Part shown: piece after piece, positions 28,103-37,333 of the stretch
Position numbering within the stretch: position 1 is the stretch's first letter
Layout: every line of letters starts with the position of its first letter
Source of the DNA: an uncultured Alphaproteobacteria bacterium
Lineage (GTDB): Bacteria > Pseudomonadota > Alphaproteobacteria > RF32 > CAG-239
Assembly: GCA_947588655.1 (NCBI GenBank)
Contig: CANPYS010000001.1
Location: 6,391 to 70,390 of the forward strand
Length of the DNA stretch: 64,000 nucleotides
Direction of reading: 5' to 3'
Notes under the pieces: model-generated
Database searches by the model: none
What the model was told of the DNA's origin: nothing
What the model saw: the letters and a program-made list of their open reading frames with translations, nothing else
Translations under genes and position numbers: made by a program

Positions 28103-29029
28103 ATGAAGTACGTTTTAATTTTAATAGCAATTTTGTTTTCAAGTCAGGCGGTGGCGCTGAATTGTGAAAAGCAACCAACCTGCGAGGAGTTAAATTATTC
28201 CAAGGAAGACGATCCTCAATGTGCTGAGGACGGTTATATTCTCTGTCCGTTTGACTTTTCCTATAAAAAATGTTTACAGCCTGATTGTGAAAAATTAGGC
28301 TTTACACAATCGGATAAATCATTATGGTGCAATGAAATTGCTTCCTGTCCGTTCAACGCCTCTTACACGCTTTGTAATCGCAAAGCCGTGCAATGTAAGG
28401 TTGGCGATGTGTATTACGCAGATGACACTTGCGGTTCTTCCAATAATCTGGACACTACTAAAATTCCGGTCGGCGTTGTGTTTTATGTGACAGCTGACGG
28501 ACGTCACGGTCGCGTTTTGGCTTTTGATGAGTTCCAAGGAGCCTACAGCGCAATGAATTCAATCAGCGCCGCCTTACCTTTGTTTACCTGTGAACAAGTG
28601 TTGGACGGTTTGAAAAAAGGAAATCCGGATTTATATGATGGTCAAGCGCAAACCCAAAAAGTTGCCGCGCTTGATTCGCAAAGTGCCGCCGCCAAAGCTC
28701 TTGAATATTATCCTCAAGAAATTGACCCTGATACACCTTACACCGGCAAAGGAAACTGGTATTTGCCAACACTTGGCGAGTGGGAGTGGCTTTATGACCA
28801 TGAATTTATAGACAAATGCCCGATTTCATCAGGTGGAAATAATTACGCCAACATTCCTATTGTACCTGTCTTAAAAAAGCTTGGAAAGAGCGGCATGCGG
28901 ACAGACCGTTTTTGGTCGATTAACTTATTTTCATCTAAACAAGCGCTTTATTTTGGCACCACTTACGGGGATATAGATTCCAAACTTCTGCTTTATCAAT
29001 ATTATATTCGTCCGATTATGAAATTTTAA
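28103..29029 (+). CDS. secreted Cys-rich paralog P2
   Basis: First ~95 aa about 90% identical to P1. Divergent middle. C-terminal WYLPTLGEWEWLY, FWSINLF and ...YYIRPIMKF. Confidence 0.8.
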   Translation: MKYVLILIAILFSSQAVALNCEKQPTCEELNYSKEDDPQCAEDGYILCPFDFSYKKCLQPDCEKLGFTQSDKSLWCNEIASCPFNASYTLCNRKAVQCKVGDVYYADDTCGSSNNLDTTKIPVGVVFYVTADGRHGRVLAFDEFQGAYSAMNSISAALPLFTCEQVLDGLKKGNPDLYDGQAQTQKVAALDSQSAAAKALEYYPQEIDPDTPYTGKGNWYLPTLGEWEWLYDHEFIDKCPISSGGNNYANIPIVPVLKKLGKSGMRTDRFWSINLFSSKQALYFGTTYGDIDSKLLLYQYYIRPIMKF

Positions 29030-29072
29030 GCGGATGAGCAGATTTTTTTCTTCCTTACGATTGTAAAATGAA

Positions 29073-29107
29073 TTTTCCCGATTACTTTTTATGAAAAATC
29101 GGGAGAA
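29073..29107 (+). promoter_or_regulatory. possible RBS-sequestering hairpin in the adiC leader
   Basis: TTTTCCCGATT (29073-29083) pairs with AATCGGGAGAAAA (29097-29109). The GGGAG Shine-Dalgarno lies in the 3' arm, 5 nt before ATG 29110. Confidence 0.35.
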
Positions 29108-29109
29108 AA

Positions 29110-30588
29110 ATGATGGATGAAAAAAATAAAATCGGTCTTCTACCGGCAACTTTGATGGTTGCCGGCAATATGATGGGTTCAGGTGTGTTTATGTTACCTG
29201 CCAATTTGGCGGGCATCGGGAGCATTGCCATTTTCGGGTGGTTGATTACCGTTGTGGGCGCTATTTGTTTGGCGCTTGTCTTTTCCAAACTGACGCAAAT
29301 TTATCCGGCGGCGGGCGGTCCTTATGCCTATGCCAAAAAAGCGTTCGGTAATTATATGGGTTATCAGACAAACTTGGTTTATTGGCTTGCCAATGTGGTT
29401 GGCAATGTGGGGCTTGCCGTGGCGGGACTCGGCTATTTAACAACTTTTTTCCCCACGCTTAAAGATCCGCTTGTCATGGCGTTTGCGCAAATTGCCGTCA
29501 TATGGTTTTTTACTTATGCCAATATTTTAGGTCCGAATGTGGTTGGCCGTTTGCAAAGTATGACCACCATTTTAGCCTTAGTTCCGATTATCGGTATGGC
29601 GCTTTTGGGCTGGTTTTGGTTTCATGCCGATACGTATATGCAAGGTTGGAATGTGACCGGTAAGAGCGATCTGACGGCTATTGGGATGACGCTTAATTTT
29701 ACGCTTTGGGCGTTTATCGGTGTGGAAAGCGCTTCCGTTTCAACGGCGGTGGTGAAAAACCCCACCCGCAATGTGCCGATTGCAACAGTTGCCGGTGTGA
29801 TTTTAGCCGCTGTTTGTTATGTTTTGAGCTCCAGCGCGATTATGGGCATTATTCCGAGCTCAGAGCTGATGTCTTCTTCCGCGCCGTTTTCGCAAGCGGT
29901 TGCCGTTGCCCTTGGTCCGACAGCCGGCGATATTGTGGCGGCATGCGCCGCGATCGGTTGTCTTGGTTCGCTCGGCGGTTGGACGCTTTTGGTCGGGCAG
30001 ACGGCAAAAGCCGCCGCTGATGACGGTTTGTTCGGGCGCGTGTTTGCCTGCACCAACAGCAAGGGCGTGCCGGCTTCCGGCTTGGCTATTGTCGCCGGCA
30101 TTATGACATTGCAGGTTTTGGCAACCATGTCGCCGACTGCCTCGGAGCAATTTGGCAAAATTGCTTCCATTGCCGTGATTTTGACCTTATTGCCTTACAT
30201 TTATTCTTCGGTGGCAATTAAGATTATCGGGCGCGATAAAATAGATGCTAAGCAAGGCGTGTTTTATACGGTTGTCGGCTTAATCGGTGCTTTTTATTCC
30301 ATGGCGGCAATGATTGGTTCTGATCCGGCGCAAACCCGTTGGGCTTTGATGTTTGTGATTGCTACCATTATCTTTTATGAATTGGCGGAAGAGCGTCAAT
30401 GGGCGATGGGCGAGAACCCCGAAGGCATTAAATGTATTGTGCCATCATGGGTGCGTCATTTAACTTTGCTTGTGACCATTTTGGCGCTTGTTGTTATGTT
30501 TTGGATTTCGTTTGGCGAAAACAGCGCGCTTATTCACCGCACCAAGAGCCACTTTCCGGTGGTTGAACAGCTTGAAAATTTGAGTTAA
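29110..30588 (+). CDS. adiC: arginine:agmatine antiporter-like APC-family transporter
   Basis: Long near-identical blocks to E. coli AdiC: KIGLLPATLMVAGNMMGSGVFMLPANLA, VAGVILAAVCYVLSSSAIMGIIP, GCLGSLGGWTLLVGQTAKAAADDGLF. Confidence 0.75.
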   Translation: MMDEKNKIGLLPATLMVAGNMMGSGVFMLPANLAGIGSIAIFGWLITVVGAICLALVFSKLTQIYPAAGGPYAYAKKAFGNYMGYQTNLVYWLANVVGNVGLAVAGLGYLTTFFPTLKDPLVMAFAQIAVIWFFTYANILGPNVVGRLQSMTTILALVPIIGMALLGWFWFHADTYMQGWNVTGKSDLTAIGMTLNFTLWAFIGVESASVSTAVVKNPTRNVPIATVAGVILAAVCYVLSSSAIMGIIPSSELMSSSAPFSQAVAVALGPTAGDIVAACAAIGCLGSLGGWTLLVGQTAKAAADDGLFGRVFACTNSKGVPASGLAIVAGIMTLQVLATMSPTASEQFGKIASIAVILTLLPYIYSSVAIKIIGRDKIDAKQGVFYTVVGLIGAFYSMAAMIGSDPAQTRWALMFVIATIIFYELAEERQWAMGENPEGIKCIVPSWVRHLTLLVTILALVVMFWISFGENSALIHRTKSHFPVVEQLENLS

Positions 30589-30602
30589 GAAAGGAGTGAG
30601 AA

Positions 30603-32900
30603 ATGCATCAAAATAAAAATCCGTTCGGGGTGAAAATTTTACTTTCCTATGAGGAGCTTGAGCGCGATACCGCGGCGGCGCGCGCGGTTCGGCATTTGCA
30701 GACCGATTTGGCAGATGATGATACGGAAATTATTGTCGCAGAACATTTAGAAGACGCTCGCGCTATTTTTGCAAGCGACGCCGGCATTCAATGTGTGTTG
30801 ATGGGCCTAGAATGTCAGTATTGCTCCAACACTTATGAGGTTTTGGATGTTCTTCGGGCGCAAAATCCGACCGTGCCGATTTTTTTGATGTCAAGCCGCA
30901 ATATGGCCTCGCAAATTCCGACTTCTGCGCTTGAAAAAGTGAGCGATTTTATTTGGCTTTTGGAAGATACCACCGATTTTATTTCAGGACGAATCCGCGC
31001 CGCGATTGAGCGTTATCGTTCCTTTATCCTGCCGCCGATGTTTAAGGCATTGGCACGGTTTGCCAAAATTCATGAATATTCGTGGCACACCCCGGGGCAT
31101 ACAGGCGGAACGGCGTTTTTGAAATCTGCCGTCGGACGCGACTTTTTTAATTTTTTCGGCGAACAGGCGTTTCGTTCCGATCTTTCCATTTCCGTTGGCG
31201 AGCTTGGCTCTATGCTTGACCATACTGGTCCTATCGGGGAAAGCGAAAAATATATGGCGCGTGTGTTTAATTCTACCCGCAGTTATCATGTTACCAACGG
31301 TTCGTCCACCTCTAACCGCATTATCTTAACGGCAAGTGTGACACGTGATGAAATTTGCTTGTGTGATAGAAATTGTCACAAATCGGTAGAGCATGCGATG
31401 ACGCTTTCAGGCGCTATCCCGACTTATTTAGTTCCGACCCGCAACCAATACGGCATTATCGGCCCGATTTTGCCCGAGCGTTTAACGCCCGAGGCCGTTA
31501 AGCAGGCCATTGATGAAAACCCGCTTGTGAGCGAGCGCATTGATCATCAGCCCAAGCATGCCATTATCACAAACTCCACTTATGATGGCTTGTGTTATAA
31601 TGTTACGCAAGTGCGCGACTTGTTAGGGCAAAGTGTTGACCGCTTGCATTTTGACGAGGCTTGGTACGGATATGCGCGCTTTAATCCGATTTATGAGGGG
31701 CGTTATGCGATGTGTTGCAATCCGCAAACTTATGATAAATCGCAACCAACTGTTTTTGCCACACAATCCACGCACAAGCTTTTGGCGGCCTTCTCGCAAG
31801 CCTCTATGATTCATGTGTTGGAAGGGCGCAACCCGATTGACCATGTCCGCTTTAACGAATCGCTGATGATGCACTCGTCCACATCGCCGCTTTATCAGAT
31901 TATTGCCTCTAATGATGTGAGCGCGGCAATGATGGATAACGGAGGTGGCAAAACCTTGACCGATATTTCCATTCGTGAAGCGATTGATTTCAGAAAAACA
32001 GTGGCGCGAATCCATAAAGAATATGGCGATAATGATGATTGGTTCTTTAATATTTGGCAACCGGATCAGGTTCGTATCCCCGAAACGGGTGAAAAAGTGC
32101 CGTTTTATGAAGCGCCTGACGACCTTTTGGCGACTATGCCCGATTGTTGGGTTTTGCACCCTGATGAAGCTTGGCACGGTTTCGGCGCTATTGCAGATGG
32201 TTATTGCATGCTTGATCCGATTAAAGTTTCAGTCACAACCCCCGGCGTGATGCCTGATTCATCGCTTGCCGATTGGGGCATTCCGGCGGCGCTTTTAACG
32301 GCTTATTTGGATAATAAGGGCATTATTGTTGAAAAGACGACCGATTTTACCATTCTGTTCCTCTTCTCAATGGGTGTGACAAAAGGGAAATGGGGCACGC
32401 TCTTAAACGCTCTCTTTGCCTTTAAAGATGATTATGACAACAATGTGCCGCTTTCGCGCATCATGCCCAAAATTTACCACGCAGATGAAACAAAATATGC
32501 TTCCATGGGGTTGCGTGATTTAAGTGTGGAAATGTTTGAGGCGATGAAATCTTTGGGAACAACCAAAGCCCTTTCGGCGGCGTTTTCCGTCCTTCCGCAT
32601 CCGGATATGACGCCTGTTGAAACGCATGAGCAACTTGTTAAAAATAATGTGGAATCGCTTACGCTTGATGAAATGGAGAATCGCACCGTTGCCACCGGCG
32701 TTGTTCCATATCCGCCAGGAATCCCGATGTTAATGCCTGGTGAAAATGCAGGCCCTTCAGACGGTCCGCTTCTCGGTTATCTCAAAGCCTTGGAAGCCTT
32801 TGATCAAAGATTCCCTGGGTTTGGGCATGATACGCATGGGGTGGAAGTAGTGGCTGGTTCCGGCAAATACCGCATTCTATGTTTAAGAAAAGGCGTATAA
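30603..32900 (+). CDS. adiA: biodegradative arginine (Orn/Lys/Arg family) decarboxylase, fold-I PLP enzyme with N-terminal wing domain
   Basis: 765 aa. Blocks WLLEDTTDFISGRIRAAIERYR, KIHEYSWHTPGH, DRNCHKS, RLHFDEAWYGYARFNPIY and IPYPPGIPML align best with AdiA. PLP-Lys in ...STHKLL... Confidence 0.65.
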   Translation: MHQNKNPFGVKILLSYEELERDTAAARAVRHLQTDLADDDTEIIVAEHLEDARAIFASDAGIQCVLMGLECQYCSNTYEVLDVLRAQNPTVPIFLMSSRNMASQIPTSALEKVSDFIWLLEDTTDFISGRIRAAIERYRSFILPPMFKALARFAKIHEYSWHTPGHTGGTAFLKSAVGRDFFNFFGEQAFRSDLSISVGELGSMLDHTGPIGESEKYMARVFNSTRSYHVTNGSSTSNRIILTASVTRDEICLCDRNCHKSVEHAMTLSGAIPTYLVPTRNQYGIIGPILPERLTPEAVKQAIDENPLVSERIDHQPKHAIITNSTYDGLCYNVTQVRDLLGQSVDRLHFDEAWYGYARFNPIYEGRYAMCCNPQTYDKSQPTVFATQSTHKLLAAFSQASMIHVLEGRNPIDHVRFNESLMMHSSTSPLYQIIASNDVSAAMMDNGGGKTLTDISIREAIDFRKTVARIHKEYGDNDDWFFNIWQPDQVRIPETGEKVPFYEAPDDLLATMPDCWVLHPDEAWHGFGAIADGYCMLDPIKVSVTTPGVMPDSSLADWGIPAALLTAYLDNKGIIVEKTTDFTILFLFSMGVTKGKWGTLLNALFAFKDDYDNNVPLSRIMPKIYHADETKYASMGLRDLSVEMFEAMKSLGTTKALSAAFSVLPHPDMTPVETHEQLVKNNVESLTLDEMENRTVATGVVPYPPGIPMLMPGENAGPSDGPLLGYLKALEAFDQRFPGFGHDTHGVEVVAGSGKYRILCLRKGV

Positions 32901-33042
32901 CCGCTCATCTAGAGGCGTTTTTACGGGTCTCGGGAAATTCACGTACCTCTTTTGTACGCTGGAATTTCCCTCGCCCTTAAAACACCTCTATCTAAACGGT
33001 TCTCCGCCTTTCCACGGCTTGGGAGAAAATTAAGAAAACGTC

Positions 33043-33078
33043 CATTTCAAAATGGACGTTTTTTGTTTTTGTGCTTAC
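33043..33078 (+). terminator. rho-independent terminator after adiA (repeat copy also at 42757-42790)
   Basis: AAAACGTCCATTTCAAAATGGACGTTTTTTGTTTTTG. Confidence 0.7.
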
Positions 33079-33109
33079 GAATAAAAAAATCAAGTAAAAT
33101 CAAAGAAAT

Positions 33110-33377
33110 GTCTCAAAAAAACGTACGTCATTATTTACAACTTGTCAAGTGAAAAAAATTGGGTTTTTCAATAACTTATTTTTGCAAAAAAATGCACAAA
33201 AAAACGTACGTTTTTTTGAGATAGGGAAAAACTTTCTCTCAAACGTCATGCTGAGCTTTGGTGCGTTAGCACCATTCGCGAAGCATCCAGGAACAGTATA
33301 GCTAATTTGTTGTCCTGGACTCTTCGCCTGCAGCTCAGAGTGACGATTCGGCAGAGTTCGTAATTAAGGAGAAAAAA
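33110..33377 (+). promoter_or_regulatory. degenerate copy of the upstream cassette (copy for P3)
   Basis: Retains AAACGTACGTTTTTTTGAGA core, GTCATGCTGA, TGACGATTCGG and TAAGGAG. Central hairpins replaced. Confidence 0.55.
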
Positions 33378-34562
33378 ATGAAGTATGTTTTATTTTTGAT
33401 GTTGGTATTGTTTTCAAGTCAGGCGGTGGCGCTTAATTGTGAAAGGCAACCGACTTGTGAAGAATTGGGTTATTCTACGCAAAATAATCCAAACTGTTTA
33501 GATGACGGTTATTTAATTTGCCCGTTTGATTCTAATTATAAGAAATGCGTCAACTTTAGTTGCGAATCGCTCGGGTTTACGCTATCCGATAAATCGGGCT
33601 GGTGCGCTGAAACAATAGAATGTAAAGGTGATAAAAGTTATACTCTTTGCAAAACATCTTGTATTGCTTGGGATTCTGATACGCTTTCCATGCTTGCCGA
33701 ATCGGGCAAATGTAAGCTCATCACGATGAAAAATGACATCACGCTTTCAGAAGATAAGCTCAACGTTTCCGCAAACACCATGATTGACGGTGGTGGGCAT
33801 ACGCTTCATGTGTCGGCGAATATAAACCCGATAGATTTACAAGCGAACAGCGGTCTCAAAAATCTTAACTTGGATGTAAAGGGTACCGGCGTTAAACAAG
33901 GTTATATTCTTCTTCCGCAAGGTAATGGAGTTCTCTTTGAAAACCTGACGGTTGCGGTTTCTGGCATGACACAAAAATATAATGCAGGGCTTGTTGGTAT
34001 GTCAAATTTTTCTGCCGAATTTAGAGGTCAAACAAATCTGAATTCAAATTATTATAGTGTCTTTTTCAATAGTGATCATATTAACTTTACAAATGCGCAA
34101 GCCACTCTTTTTGCCGCTAATGATTTAATGAAAAGTTCCAACGTCACACTTCACAATTCCACACTTGATATTACAATGAGTACTGTTCTCATGACGCGCT
34201 CTAAATTAACGCTTTACAATTCCACACTCCATTTTACAGGCACACATTTGTTCTGGACAGGAAGTTCAACGGTAGAAAATGTCTTGACAATCGGGGAGGG
34301 TTCCACCGCGGTGATTAAAGTTTCAAACGGTCTGAATATGGAAAGTACTAGAAAATCAAATTTTGTGTTAAGCGGGACAGCAGATGCGCCAGCAAAGTTA
34401 GAAATTACGACACCTGATAAAAATAATAATGAAACATATATCACAGCTCATAACATAACGGATACGCTTGTCTTAAATAACAAGACATATCATCCAACGC
34501 AAACAGCTACAACGCTTATATCGGATGTTCCAAACTCAAGTTATTGGCGCGCTGTGCCATAG
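33378..34562 (+). CDS. secreted Cys-rich paralog P3: conserved N-module fused to parallel beta-helix-like C-terminal domain
   Basis: N-terminal 95 aa homologous to P1/P2/P4/P5 (NCERQPTCEELGYS...CPFD..YKKC). Remainder has repetitive NxT/beta-strand periodicity (LHNSTLDIT..., LYNSTLHFT...) and lacks the DUF1566 motifs. Confidence 0.7.
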   Translation: MKYVLFLMLVLFSSQAVALNCERQPTCEELGYSTQNNPNCLDDGYLICPFDSNYKKCVNFSCESLGFTLSDKSGWCAETIECKGDKSYTLCKTSCIAWDSDTLSMLAESGKCKLITMKNDITLSEDKLNVSANTMIDGGGHTLHVSANINPIDLQANSGLKNLNLDVKGTGVKQGYILLPQGNGVLFENLTVAVSGMTQKYNAGLVGMSNFSAEFRGQTNLNSNYYSVFFNSDHINFTNAQATLFAANDLMKSSNVTLHNSTLDITMSTVLMTRSKLTLYNSTLHFTGTHLFWTGSSTVENVLTIGEGSTAVIKVSNGLNMESTRKSNFVLSGTADAPAKLEITTPDKNNNETYITAHNITDTLVLNNKTYHPTQTATTLISDVPNSSYWRAVP

Positions 34563-34633
34563 AATGTTTTTATGAGTCTCGGCATAAATCTTTTTTTAAG
34601 TTTTCTCTTTTAAAATCATTTGCCGAGGTGTTT

Positions 34634-35248
34634 ATGGATTACGTTAAAATAGAAGGCGAGCGTTTTGTTGTCCGGTTGATGTATGCCGGCATGCAAAATA
34701 TGAGCGGTCGGGCTGTTTATCAGGAAACAGGCTGGGGAAATGTGGCGGTGGTGCATCGGGATTTGTTTGCGGCGTTGCAAAAGACGGTGCCTATTTTGGA
34801 AAAGCACAATCTTTATATGCTCATTTTTGATGCGTATCGCTTGCCTGATGCGCATAATATGTTGGTGCAAGCTGTACCGTTTGGTCTTTTTGCGCCTGAG
34901 CCGAAATTATCGGCGCATTGTCATGCCACGGCGGTGGACGTGTGTCTTGCCGATGAAAATCTTCAACCTCTGAAATATCCGACACCTGTTGATAATTATA
35001 CACCTCAAAATGCGGCGGCTGTTCGTTTTGGACATATCGCCCCTTTTGAAAGGGATATGCTTAAAGCCCGTCATGATTATCAAGACGCCGCACCCAAGGA
35101 AAAATCAAATCGTCTTTTCTTAAAAAAATTAATGGAAGGCGTTGGTTTGGAAAGCTTGGACTCGGAATGGTGGCATTATTCTTTGCCTGAAGGTCTTCTT
35201 GAGGAAAAATACCCGCTTATCAGTTTGTTTTCGGAAGATTTTGAATAA
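34634..35248 (+). CDS. D-alanyl-D-alanine dipeptidase (VanX/DdpX-like, M15D)
   Basis: SAHCHATAVD (SxHxxGxAxD-type zinc site) and EWWHY (E-W-H catalytic motif). Start at MDYVKIEG. Confidence 0.6.
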   Translation: MDYVKIEGERFVVRLMYAGMQNMSGRAVYQETGWGNVAVVHRDLFAALQKTVPILEKHNLYMLIFDAYRLPDAHNMLVQAVPFGLFAPEPKLSAHCHATAVDVCLADENLQPLKYPTPVDNYTPQNAAAVRFGHIAPFERDMLKARHDYQDAAPKEKSNRLFLKKLMEGVGLESLDSEWWHYSLPEGLLEEKYPLISLFSEDFE

Positions 35249-35249
35249 A

Positions 35250-35990
35250 TCAGATATTTTGTAAAACCCGCGCGACATCTTCCATGGTTCGCTCTATGCC
35301 GGCATCGCCTTGATGCCAACCTGCCGGACAAACATTGCCGTTTGTTTCAGTAAATTGAAGCGCATCCGTTATTCTTAAAGATTCTGCCGGATCGCGCCCA
35401 ATTCTTTCATCATTTATTGTCAGATAACGCACGATTTTGCTTAAATCAAGCAAAAATGAGGCGCGCATGGCTGTGCCGTCGGCATTTAAAACGCCATAAC
35501 TTGCGGCAATCTGACCGTGTATGTCTGAAACAAGCGGAAAGTTTATTTTTCCGATACCGCCTTCCTGAAAAGACATTTTCTTCCAAGCTAAATGCGCATG
35601 TGCCGAATCGGTGCTGATGCCCAAAAGCCTTACTTTTCGGCGCTCAAATTCAGGCAACATTTTATTATAAAAAACGAGTTCTGAGGGGCAAACATAGGTA
35701 AAATCCGCCGGATAAAAAATCAAAAATCCATAAACATTATCTAAATATTGATAAAGGTTGAAGCTTGTTGTTATGGTATCATCAGGCATTACGGCAGAGG
35801 CTGTAAAATCGGGCGCAGGGCTTGACATTAAGACGCTGTGTGTCGTTTTTGGGGTCGGTACAATCGGTTCAGGTGTAGGCGTGTTGCATGAAAAATCGTG
35901 CGGCATATTGTTTGGAAAAGTGCACCCGCATTTATCGTCTTCACTACAATCGCATTTGTTGGCATAATCATAAAAACAATCATCAGACAT
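35250..35990 (-). CDS. typical 2-Cys peroxiredoxin (AhpC/Tsa) with ~55-aa N-terminal Cys-rich plus Pro/Thr-rich extension
   Basis: GAGGAG RBS 7 nt before ATG 35990 (MSDDCFYDYANKCDCSEDDKCGCTF...C). Prx core FYPADFTYVCPSEL (peroxidatic Cys) and C-terminal NVCPAGWH (resolving Cys). Confidence 0.75.
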   Translation of the reverse strand: MSDDCFYDYANKCDCSEDDKCGCTFPNNMPHDFSCNTPTPEPIVPTPKTTHSVLMSSPAPDFTASAVMPDDTITTSFNLYQYLDNVYGFLIFYPADFTYVCPSELVFYNKMLPEFERRKVRLLGISTDSAHAHLAWKKMSFQEGGIGKINFPLVSDIHGQIAASYGVLNADGTAMRASFLLDLSKIVRYLTINDERIGRDPAESLRITDALQFTETNGNVCPAGWHQGDAGIERTMEDVARVLQNI

Positions 35991-36056
35991 GTCAAAACTC
36001 CTCAAAAATAAGCCGGAACAATCTCCGGCTTATGATATAGGCAATTTTTGAGCAAA

Positions 36057-36533
36057 TTAAACGTATTTGACCTCTAAAATCTCAAAAGATTTTTTGCCAC
36101 CCGGCGCGGTGTATTCCGCCACATCGCCTACTTCTTTGCCAATAAGTGCGCGTGCCAAAGGCGAGGAGAGGGAAATCAGGTTCTTTTCAATATCCGCCTC
36201 ATAATCGCCCACAATTTGGTAAGTTGTTTCAACATCCGTGTCTTCATCAACCACCACAACCGTCGCGCCAAAGCGTACCACATCGCCCTTAACCGACTGC
36301 GGATCAATCACTTGCGCGCGACTAACAACTGCTTCAAGTTCCTGAATACGCCCTTCAATAAAGCTTTGCTTTTCTTTGGCGGCAGAATATTCAGCATTCT
36401 CAGATAAATCGCCGTGCGAGCGTGCCTCGGCAATGGCGGCAATAATGTTCGGGCGGTCAACGCCTTTAAGATTTTTCAATTCCTGCTCAAGCTGTAAAAA
36501 TCCCTTTTTCGTTAAAGGAAACTTATCCATCAT
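36057..36533 (-). CDS. greA: transcription elongation factor GreA
   Basis: 158 aa. N-terminal coiled coil with ...ARSHGDLSENAEY... and C-terminal FKBP-like domain. Confidence 0.85.
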   Translation of the reverse strand: MMDKFPLTKKGFLQLEQELKNLKGVDRPNIIAAIAEARSHGDLSENAEYSAAKEKQSFIEGRIQELEAVVSRAQVIDPQSVKGDVVRFGATVVVVDEDTDVETTYQIVGDYEADIEKNLISLSSPLARALIGKEVGDVAEYTAPGGKKSFEILEVKYV

Positions 36534-36745
36534 TATTCTCCAAAAGTTAGAAAAATGAAACTGCGGCGAAGCGACTCGTCACAGCTTGTTTTTTGTTTTT
36601 AATGGTCTCTTTATAATCCAATTTAAAACAAAATCAAGCTTTTTCTTTTTTGTGTAAAACTTTTTCATTTTTAGCTGTCCAAAACCTCTAAAAAATGCTT
36701 GGCATAATGGTGCAATTTGGTATGCTTGATTTGAGGGAGAAAACG

Positions 36746-37333
36746 ATGACTAAAATTGCAATCTGGTGCCGACATCAAGGGGATAATGTTATTGGGATTG
36801 GGCCGAATATTCCTTGGCATATTTCGTCTGATTTTAAACGCTTTCGCCGCATTACTGAAGGCCAAAGCCTTGTTGCCGGCGAAAAAACGTATGAGAGTTT
36901 CCCAAACCGCACGCTGCCAAACCGCAAAATTTATGTTTTAAGCTTTAATCCGGATTATGAAGTTTCGGACAAGGCTAACCATTTTGTTGTCAATGACATT
37001 AAAGCTTTTAAAGATTTTGAAGGCAATCTCTTTATTGCCGGCGGCGCGGGAACGTATAAAGCCTTTTTTTCAAATGGGGCGAAACTTTTGCCTGATATTA
37101 TCGTGGATAGTTGTTACAAAGGCGCTTTAAATGTTCATTTAAAAGGTGAAAAAGTTGATATAACTCCTTGTATTGACGTTATGAATGAAAAATATGTAAA
37201 GGTCTCACAGGACTATGAACTGGACAATATTCTAACCACTGTTTGGGTGCAAAAAGGAGCTTTTGTTGACCAAGCCGCGCTCAAGCATATTGTCAAAGCC
37301 ATTGAGGATAAAAAAGATGAAACAGTATCTTGA
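36746..37333 (+). CDS. folA: dihydrofolate reductase
   Basis: GGGAG RBS. MTKIAIW..., [36 protein letters not shown] match DHFR motifs. 3' end overlaps thyA. Confidence 0.65.
   Translation: MTKIAIWCRHQGDNVIGIGPNIPWHISSDFKRFRRITEGQSLVAGEKTYESFPNRTLPNRKIYVLSFNPDYEVSDKANHFVVNDIKAFKDFEGNLFIAGGAGTYKAFFSNGAKLLPDIIVDSCYKGALNVHLKGEKVDITPCIDVMNEKYVKVSQDYELDNILTTVWVQKGAFVDQAALKHIVKAIEDKKDETVS

Noticed and set aside
29706-30170. Several 60-117-aa ORFs on both strands inside adiC
   Set aside because: They lie fully inside a well-supported transporter gene in a GC-rich segment, where stop codons are rare in all frames. No RBS or conservation evidence.
35991-36005. ORF-track start of peroxiredoxin at MRSFDM
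   Set aside because: GAGGAG RBS is positioned for the downstream ATG (MSDDC...). The upstream 5 codons are just an open-frame extension.
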